64,000 bases of DNA from an uncultured bacterium (GTDB lineage: Bacteria; Hydrothermota; Hydrothermia; UBA1063; CAJXJZ01): contig CAJXJZ010000001.1 in the NCBI GenBank assembly GCA_913055745.1, positions 2,798 through 66,797 of the forward strand, in the 5' to 3' direction. Within the stretch, counting starts at the first letter, position 1; the number at the start of each line of letters is the position of its first letter. This document shows positions 57,710 to 64,000 of the stretch, piece after piece. A program made the position numbers and the translations under genes. The notes under the pieces are model-generated. The model had not been told where the DNA came from. It was given only the letters and a program-made list of their open reading frames with translations, and searched no databases.

Positions 57710-59784
57710 AACGCATCCTCAAAAAAACTATTATTCTATACATCGCTTTCATGTTAATTTTAATAATATCCGTAGCACTTCTTGAGACTACACTGCCCCC
57801 TGCATATTTAATTGAAAACTACACGCCCCCAAATGCAACAGAAATCTTGGATAGAAACGGTAAAAGACTGTACACATATTTTCTTCAGATAAGAGAAACG
57901 GCTCAAAGTAAAGAAATACCTTCATTTGTTAAAAATGCGTTTGTATCTGTAGAGGATAAGAGGTTTTATGAGCACTCTGGAATAGACCTAAAAAGGGTTA
58001 TAAAAGCCATTATTGTTGACATTATAACAATGAAACCACATCAAGGTGGTTCAACTATCACACAGCAACTTGCAAGAAATGTTTTCCTATCATTTAGAAG
58101 AAGTATCATAAGGAAAGCAAGAGAGATGCTCCTTGCTATAAAGATTGAGAGATACTTTTCAAAAGATGAGATTTTAACCTTATACCTTAATCAGATTTAT
58201 TTTGGTGATGGTATTTACGGTATAAAGACAGCAGCACGATACTTCTTTGATAAGGACTTAAAAGACATCACTTTAAAAGAGGCAGCCACACTCGCTGCGA
58301 TTGTTAGGTCTCCTGTGTTTTATTCCCCAATAAAATACAGGGAGAGGAACCAGAAAAGGGCTAACCTTATATTAAAGGTTATGTACGATGAAGGAGTAAT
58401 TACAAAGGAAGAGTATGAAACCGCTATTAAAGAAGAGATTCATATTAAAAAACCAGAAGATAAAGAACAAGAGCATTTTGGTGGTTATATACTGGAAATG
58501 ATAAGGAACTATATTCTATCAAGGTATGGTGAGGATTTTTTGTTCAAAGGTGGTGGAAAGGTATATACAACAATTGATTTTAATTTGCAAAAATTGGCAG
58601 ATAAAGTAGTTGATAGTATGTTAACTGAGATTGAAAAGGAGAAAAACATACATCCTACAAGAGAGGAGTATCTACAAGATACCACAAAAGACAAAAAGCC
58701 ATACTACTTGCAGGGTGCGCTCCTTGCCTTAAATCCAGAAGATGGTGCAATCTTAGCCCTCACAGGAGGAAGGAATTTCAAAGAAAGCCCATTTAATAGA
58801 ATACTTCAGGCAAAAAGGCAACCAGGCTCTGCATTTAAACCATTTGTGTATCTTGCGGCAATTGATAATGGATTTTATCCAACAGACAAGATTATGGATA
58901 TTCCCATAGTTCTTAAAGGTCAGGGCCCTGGTGGTGAGGATTGGAAGCCAGACAACTATGACCACAAATATCTTGGCAGAATTACACTAAGAGATGCTTT
59001 AGCCCTTTCAAGAAACCTTGCAACAGTTAATCTTATCTTAAAAATAGGCCCTGACGCAGCTTTGATGTATGCAAAGAGAATGGGTATAAGAACATACCTC
59101 CCTCCATACCCATCCATAGCCCTTGGTGGAATAGCACTTACTCCCATGGAACTTATTGCAGCCTATGCACCCTTCCAAAACGGTGGATATAGGATAAGAC
59201 CATACTTTATAAAAAAGATTGAGGATAGAAATGGCGTTGTATTGGAGGAGGCACATCCTGTAAAGGTAAAAGTTATAGACAATGCAACATCTTACATAAT
59301 GAATTATATGCTAAGAACAGTTGTAAATCATGGAACTGGAATAAATATAAGAAGGAAGTTTAAGTTTAATCTTCCATGTGGTGGAAAAACAGGTACAACA
59401 AACGAATACAGAGACAACTGGTTTATAGGTTTTACCTCGAATCTTCTTACTGGAGTATGGGTTGGTTTTGATTCTCTGAGGACCATTTATAAAGGAGCAA
59501 CAGGTGCAGGGAACGCACTTCCTATTTGGGCTGTTTTCAATAAAACCGCCTATGATTCTGGCTATGTTGAGCCAGCCACAGACTTTCCTGTTCCAGATAA
59601 TATAGTAATCGCAAATGTTTGCCTTCAATCAGGCCTACTTGCAACAGAATACTGCCCGCGGACAGATGAAGTTCCCTTTAGAGAAGGAGATGAACCCACA
59701 ACATATTGCAACATACACGGGCCTATGAAAAAAGTAAACACATTCCATCAAATGGAACTTGAGTTTATCAAAACACACCGATAA
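57703..59784 (+). CDS. mrcA: class A penicillin-binding protein (transglycosylase / transpeptidase)
   Basis: GT51 motifs EDKRFYEHSGID and GGSTITQQLARN. Transpeptidase motifs SAFKP, SRN and KTGTT. Confidence 0.85.
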   Translation: MLKRILKKTIILYIAFMLILIISVALLETTLPPAYLIENYTPPNATEILDRNGKRLYTYFLQIRETAQSKEIPSFVKNAFVSVEDKRFYEHSGIDLKRVIKAIIVDIITMKPHQGGSTITQQLARNVFLSFRRSIIRKAREMLLAIKIERYFSKDEILTLYLNQIYFGDGIYGIKTAARYFFDKDLKDITLKEAATLAAIVRSPVFYSPIKYRERNQKRANLILKVMYDEGVITKEEYETAIKEEIHIKKPEDKEQEHFGGYILEMIRNYILSRYGEDFLFKGGGKVYTTIDFNLQKLADKVVDSMLTEIEKEKNIHPTREEYLQDTTKDKKPYYLQGALLALNPEDGAILALTGGRNFKESPFNRILQAKRQPGSAFKPFVYLAAIDNGFYPTDKIMDIPIVLKGQGPGGEDWKPDNYDHKYLGRITLRDALALSRNLATVNLILKIGPDAALMYAKRMGIRTYLPPYPSIALGGIALTPMELIAAYAPFQNGGYRIRPYFIKKIEDRNGVVLEEAHPVKVKVIDNATSYIMNYMLRTVVNHGTGINIRRKFKFNLPCGGKTGTTNEYRDNWFIGFTSNLLTGVWVGFDSLRTIYKGATGAGNALPIWAVFNKTAYDSGYVEPATDFPVPDNIVIANVCLQSGLLATEYCPRTDEVPFREGDEPTTYCNIHGPMKKVNTFHQMELEFIKTHR

Positions 59785-60497
59785 TGCTCCTTTGCCTTTT
59801 ATTTATCTCATTCTGGGGAGCATCATTTTCAGACAATACTGGATATAGGCCAGGAGTTGGGACAGAACACATCTTTCCTGACATAAGCGAAAACACAAAG
59901 AATGTTCAGTTTGGCATTAGGAATTTTTATGGAATAAGAGGGACATTTCTTTCTGCCATTTCTTACAACCAGCCACAATTTTCTGTGGAAGCCTCTTTTT
60001 TAAGCCTCTCATCTTATTACAGAAGAATTGGCATTTCCTTCTCATTAAGACATGAAATAAATAATATTTTCAAAACTGGCGTATCTTTTAGTCTAAACAG
60101 AGAACTTTTGCCTTACAACGAAAATAGAATAACCTTTGGCATATCTTCTGGGATAAACTTATTGCCCCATGTAAACATACATGCAGGCATATACGACGTA
60201 CCAGAGGAAACACGCATTCCTTTACTCGTAAATATTCAAACAGAAAGAGGTACAACAGGTATAATAATAGAGGGTGAAAGTGGCCTACCCTTAAAACTCC
60301 TTCTATTTCAGAGATTTAAAATATCAAAAAAACTCTCCACATACCTCGCCTTTTCCACAGCACCAAATAAAATGGTCATAGGGTTAGATATTTCTAAAGG
60401 GAAGGTACTATTTGACGTATTTTCCGAAATACATGATGTTCTCGGAGAATCAGGCGGCATGGTTGTTGAATATACACCCTTCAAATTGTATAATTAA
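59784..60497 (+). CDS. hypothetical secreted / outer-membrane-like beta protein
   Basis: Signal peptide. Alternating hydrophobic pattern. TAATG overlap with the PBP stop. No recognisable family. Confidence 0.3.
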   Translation: MLLCLLFISFWGASFSDNTGYRPGVGTEHIFPDISENTKNVQFGIRNFYGIRGTFLSAISYNQPQFSVEASFLSLSSYYRRIGISFSLRHEINNIFKTGVSFSLNRELLPYNENRITFGISSGINLLPHVNIHAGIYDVPEETRIPLLVNIQTERGTTGIIIEGESGLPLKLLLFQRFKISKKLSTYLAFSTAPNKMVIGLDISKGKVLFDVFSEIHDVLGESGGMVVEYTPFKLYN

Positions 60498-60515
60498 AGA
60501 CCAAAAAAGGAGGAT

Positions 60516-62075
60516 ATGCGTTTGAATAGTCTTAAGTGGCGTGCTCTTATCACAATCATCATTGTCTTAGCAGCACTTTGGAGTCTTTGGCCTACATACA
60601 AGTATTATACAATGCCAGAAGATGTAAAGAAGGTCATGCAGCCTGCAGCACTTAACAAACTGCATAAAAAGGCCTTAAATCTTGGTCTTGACCTTCAAGG
60701 TGGAATGTATCTTCTACTTGAAGTAGACAAGTCAAAACTACCAGAAAAACAGTGGAAAGGAGCAGTTGACAGAGCCATTGAAATTATAAGGAACAGAGTT
60801 GACCAATGGGGCGTATTTGAGCCATCAATTCAGAAGGTTGGAGCCTTCAGGATACTTATACAACTACCTGGTATTATGGATAGAAAGAGTGCCAAGGAAC
60901 TTATAGGTAGAACCGCTCTTTTGGAATTTCATATTGTAGCAGATGACAAAATAGCAAATAGTATTGTTGAAAAGATTGATAAGGCCCTGCAACGTGAAGA
61001 AGGAGATACCACCTCTACCATTGGTCCATTTTTATCAATCTTAGAGAATGCAGGGGCAGGGTCATTTTATGTGGATGAAAATGACTGGGCAAAGGCGGAC
61101 TCTATTATAAACTCCGATATAGCAAAAAAAATCCTTGGAAACAGATATAAATTTTATTGGGGCAGAGTTAAGTATACAGAAGATGGTACCAAGATAAGAC
61201 CATTATTCTTATTAGATGCAAAACCAGAACTCACAGGTGCTGACCTTAAAACAGCAAGACATACAATTGGTTCACCAGGTACACAGATAGCAGGTCAGCC
61301 CATAGTGGAACTCATGTTTAATAGAAAAGGGGCGCGCAAATTTTCTTATATTACTGGAAAAAATGTAGGAAAAAGACTTGCTATTGTTCTTGACAGTGTG
61401 GTACAAACAGCCCCTGTTATTAGGGAAAGGATACCCGGTGGAAGTGCTGTAATAGAGGGCATTCCAACTATAGAAGAGGCAAAAGAAATTGCCGTAGTAC
61501 TAAGAGCGGGTGCATTACCAGCACCGGTTAAGATCATTGAAGAGCGTTCTGTAGGACCTCTTCTTGGCAAAGATTCAATACACAAAGGACTTGCATCGCT
61601 TATAATTGGGTTTATTCTCGTAGTTTTATTTATGATTTTCTACTACAATGTATCAGGTCTCATTGCGGACTTGGCATTATTCTTAAACCTACTATTTATT
61701 TTCTCGTTTTTAGTTGCATTCCATGCCACATTAACGCTCCCAGGACTTGCTGGTATCATTTTAACAGTTGGTATGTCAGTGGACGCGAATGTACTCATCT
61801 TTGAAAGGATAAGAGAAGAACTAAGAGAAGGTAAAAGTCCTAAGAATGCTATAGAAGCAGGTTATCATAGGGCAACACTTACAATCTTTGATGCTAATGC
61901 CACTACCATAATAGCAGCACTCGTTCTATTAAAATTTGGTACAGGCCCTATAAGGGGGTTTGGAACAACACTCACCATAGGTATTCTCGTGAGTTTCTTT
62001 ACAGCAGTATTTGTAACAAAGATCATATTTGATTACCTTTACAAGGTCAAAAACATTAAAACATTGAGAATTTAG
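60516..62075 (+). CDS. secD: protein translocase subunit SecD
   Basis: Large periplasmic domain followed by a 6-TM C-terminus. RBS AAAGGAGG. Confidence 0.9.
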   Translation: MRLNSLKWRALITIIIVLAALWSLWPTYKYYTMPEDVKKVMQPAALNKLHKKALNLGLDLQGGMYLLLEVDKSKLPEKQWKGAVDRAIEIIRNRVDQWGVFEPSIQKVGAFRILIQLPGIMDRKSAKELIGRTALLEFHIVADDKIANSIVEKIDKALQREEGDTTSTIGPFLSILENAGAGSFYVDENDWAKADSIINSDIAKKILGNRYKFYWGRVKYTEDGTKIRPLFLLDAKPELTGADLKTARHTIGSPGTQIAGQPIVELMFNRKGARKFSYITGKNVGKRLAIVLDSVVQTAPVIRERIPGGSAVIEGIPTIEEAKEIAVVLRAGALPAPVKIIEERSVGPLLGKDSIHKGLASLIIGFILVVLFMIFYYNVSGLIADLALFLNLLFIFSFLVAFHATLTLPGLAGIILTVGMSVDANVLIFERIREELREGKSPKNAIEAGYHRATLTIFDANATTIIAALVLLKFGTGPIRGFGTTLTIGILVSFFTAVFVTKIIFDYLYKVKNIKTLRI

Positions 62076-62085
62076 GAGGCAATAA

Positions 62086-63000
62086 ATGGTTACATTCTTT
62101 AAAAACCCTCAGTATGACTTTATTGGAAAAAGAAAGATCGCCTATGGTATATCTCTCTTCTTTATTCTTCTTGGAATAATAAGTATTATCGCCCATGGTG
62201 GATTAAAATACGGTGTAGATTTTACAGGTGGTAACCTCGTTCAAATCAAGTTGGAAAAACCATATGATGTCGGCAAACTAAGGGGCATACTCTTAAATGA
62301 TGCAAAGTTGAAAAGCGTTGAAATTCAGACCTTTGGCAATCCGTCAACCTTTCTTTTAAAGTACAAAGAAAACTATGATGCAGACAAACTTGCAAAACTC
62401 ATAGAAAATAAAATAGGTCAAAAGGTAATGGTGGAAAGGAATGAAACTGTAGGACCAAGGGTAGGTAAGGAACTTCAGGTAAAGGCACTTGAGGCTCTCC
62501 TGATAGGTCTATTCTTGATGTTGATATATATATGGATCAGGTTTGACTTCACATTTGGCGTAGGGTCTATAATTGCCTTGTTTCATGATGTATTTATCAC
62601 CATAGGGATTTTATCTCTTTTAAATAGAGAGTTTACTATACAAATTATTGCAGCACTTTTAACTATAGTTGGTTATTCAATCAATGACTCTATTGTGGTA
62701 TCAGATAAAATAAGGGAAGAACTGAAGAAATATTCACAAGGAGTATCTATTAAGAAATTGATCGGGATATTTAACTCTTCTATTAATGCCACCTTATCCA
62801 GGACAATAATAACATCTCTTACCACTTTAATTGTCCTTATTGCAATTCTTCTATTTGCCGGGCCTGTAATATTTGACTTTGCATTAGCCTTAACTATAGG
62901 AGTTATAGTTGGAACATACTCTTCAATATTTGTGGTAGCAGCTCTCGTGGTAGAATGGAGAACAAGAAAGGCGAGAAAAGCGCAAACAGCAAAATCTTGA
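62086..63000 (+). CDS. secF: protein translocase subunit SecF
   Basis: SecF topology and conserved C-terminal TM block. RBS AGGAGG. Confidence 0.9.
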   Translation: MVTFFKNPQYDFIGKRKIAYGISLFFILLGIISIIAHGGLKYGVDFTGGNLVQIKLEKPYDVGKLRGILLNDAKLKSVEIQTFGNPSTFLLKYKENYDADKLAKLIENKIGQKVMVERNETVGPRVGKELQVKALEALLIGLFLMLIYIWIRFDFTFGVGSIIALFHDVFITIGILSLLNREFTIQIIAALLTIVGYSINDSIVVSDKIREELKKYSQGVSIKKLIGIFNSSINATLSRTIITSLTTLIVLIAILLFAGPVIFDFALALTIGVIVGTYSSIFVVAALVVEWRTRKARKAQTAKS

Positions 63001-63818
63001 TATTTGGTATAACCGGGAATCCGCGTAAGGCTGCAATAAAAGATGTTTTAAACGCACTTTTTTATGCTGTTGACAAAAACGATATCTTTGTAGACAAACA
63101 TCTTAAAGGTCTTGTAAATAATGTAAAATTTCTGGAAGAATCTGAATTAGGTAAATACTCGGATATAATCATAACACTTGGAGGGGATGGGACCCTATTG
63201 AGGGCAGCGAGATTTGCTGAAAACACGCCACTCTTAGGCATAAATATCGGTGGAATGGGTTTTTTAACACAGATTGAACCAAAGGATATTGAAGATGCAA
63301 TAGAAAAACTTAAGAAGGGTCAGTACAGTATCAGCGAGAGGTTTGTTCTAAGCGTGAAAAATGGTGAGCACACATATACAGCATTAAACGATATAACCAT
63401 GAGGGCAAAAAGACCATGGAGAATGATGGAGATAAGTATATGTGTGGACAATGTACTTTTATCAAAGTTCAAGGCAGATGGCATAATCGTCTCAACACCA
63501 ACGGGTTCTACTGCATATAATCTTTCTGCAGGTGGACCAATCACGCACCCAGAAGAAAAACTTATGATACTAACCCCTATATGTGCACATAAATTGACCT
63601 TAAGACCTATCGTCCTTCCACACTGGATGAAAGTCCAAATAAAGGGGCAAACAAAGGGTGCTGGCATTACCGTTTCATTTGATGGACAGTTAAATCTTGA
63701 TGTAGCATCCCGGGAGGTGTTTACCATAGAAGGGAGTGAAAAAACCGTAAAACTTATAGAATTTGAAGACTATAAAAGATTTTTCAAACTCATAAGCAAA
63801 AAACTTTCCTGGGGATGA
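62955..63818 (+). CDS. nadK: NAD kinase
   Basis: GGDGTLL and GSTAYNLSAGGPI motifs. The true start may be in-frame TTG 62997, since the ATG 62955 start overlaps secF. Confidence 0.85.
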   Translation: MENKKGEKSANSKILIFGITGNPRKAAIKDVLNALFYAVDKNDIFVDKHLKGLVNNVKFLEESELGKYSDIIITLGGDGTLLRAARFAENTPLLGINIGGMGFLTQIEPKDIEDAIEKLKKGQYSISERFVLSVKNGEHTYTALNDITMRAKRPWRMMEISICVDNVLLSKFKADGIIVSTPTGSTAYNLSAGGPITHPEEKLMILTPICAHKLTLRPIVLPHWMKVQIKGQTKGAGITVSFDGQLNLDVASREVFTIEGSEKTVKLIEFEDYKRFFKLISKKLSWG

Positions 63819-64000
63819 AACTCTCTGAAATCTATTTCAAAAATTTCCTTTTGCTTGGAAATGGTAAGTTAAATTTTAAAAAAGGATTTAATGCTATCAC
63901 GGGTGAAACAGGTGCAGGAAAATCCATGCTCATTGGCATTATAAATCTCTTAAGGGGCGAACATATACAATGGGATAGATTCAATACCAAAGAAAATGTT
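63815..64000 (+). CDS. recN: DNA repair protein RecN (N-terminal fragment, continues past window)
   Basis: ITGETGAGKS Walker A. ATGA overlap with the nadK stop. Confidence 0.65.
   Translation, partial: MKLSEIYFKNFLLLGNGKLNFKKGFNAITGETGAGKSMLIGIINLLRGEHIQWDRFNTKENV

Noticed and set aside
1-64000. Search for CRISPR arrays, IS elements / transposases, integrases and rRNA
   Set aside because: I saw no regularly spaced direct repeats and no transposase or integrase-like ORFs. No rRNA-like conserved stretches were found. The single tRNA-Leu has no adjacent integrase or direct repeats suggesting an island.

Overview
This 64 kb window is an AT-rich bacterial chromosomal segment with short intergenic spacers and many overlapping start/stop codons. 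It looks like a thermophile-like or deep-branching lineage, but I do not assign it to a species. About 60 genes are supportable.

Housekeeping content:
- Lipid and protein export: acpP-fabF, secD-secF, plsC, pssA-psd and a PAP2 phosphatase.
- Cell wall: murI, a class A PBP and an Amidase_3 amidase.
- Other core genes: cmk-plsC-ispH-rpsA, an MtaB-like methylthiotransferase, panE, nadK, a recN start, hutU, recX, manC and one tRNA-Leu(CAG).

Three regions stand out:
1. Positions 1214-3131 encode a two-step mannosylglycerate pathway (mpgS, mpgP). It sits behind a textbook sigma70 promoter and apparently uses a leaderless start.
2. Positions 3199-11729 form a long, translationally coupled plus-strand operon. 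It begins slyD, fur, PLD-like, NUDIX. It continues as an orphan GAF histidine kinase, a class III aminotransferase, a LuxE-like acyl-adenylating enzyme, a LuxC-like acyl reductase, then QueD and QueE. No queC or queF lies in the window. I read this as a candidate undescribed route from 7-carboxy-7-deazaguanine to preQ1 by carboxylate reduction plus transamination.
3. Positions 11755-28802 hold two minus-strand type IV pilus operons. One is fimT-pilV-pilW-pilX-pilY1 (vWA) followed by a small secreted protein and LemA. The other is pilD, an acidic TPR protein, a novel MshEN (GspE-N) fused to a DnaA/Hda-like AAA+ domain, a fused PilM-PilN, a lipoprotein, PilO, an AMIN-PilP-like protein and a short PilQ.

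The window also has a three-gene surface-protein operon: a 943 aa TPR protein, a 665 aa protein with a T9SS-like C-terminal beta-sandwich, and a flippase-like membrane protein. A secreted protein with two lamin-tail domains is nearby. I found no CRISPR array, IS element or rRNA.
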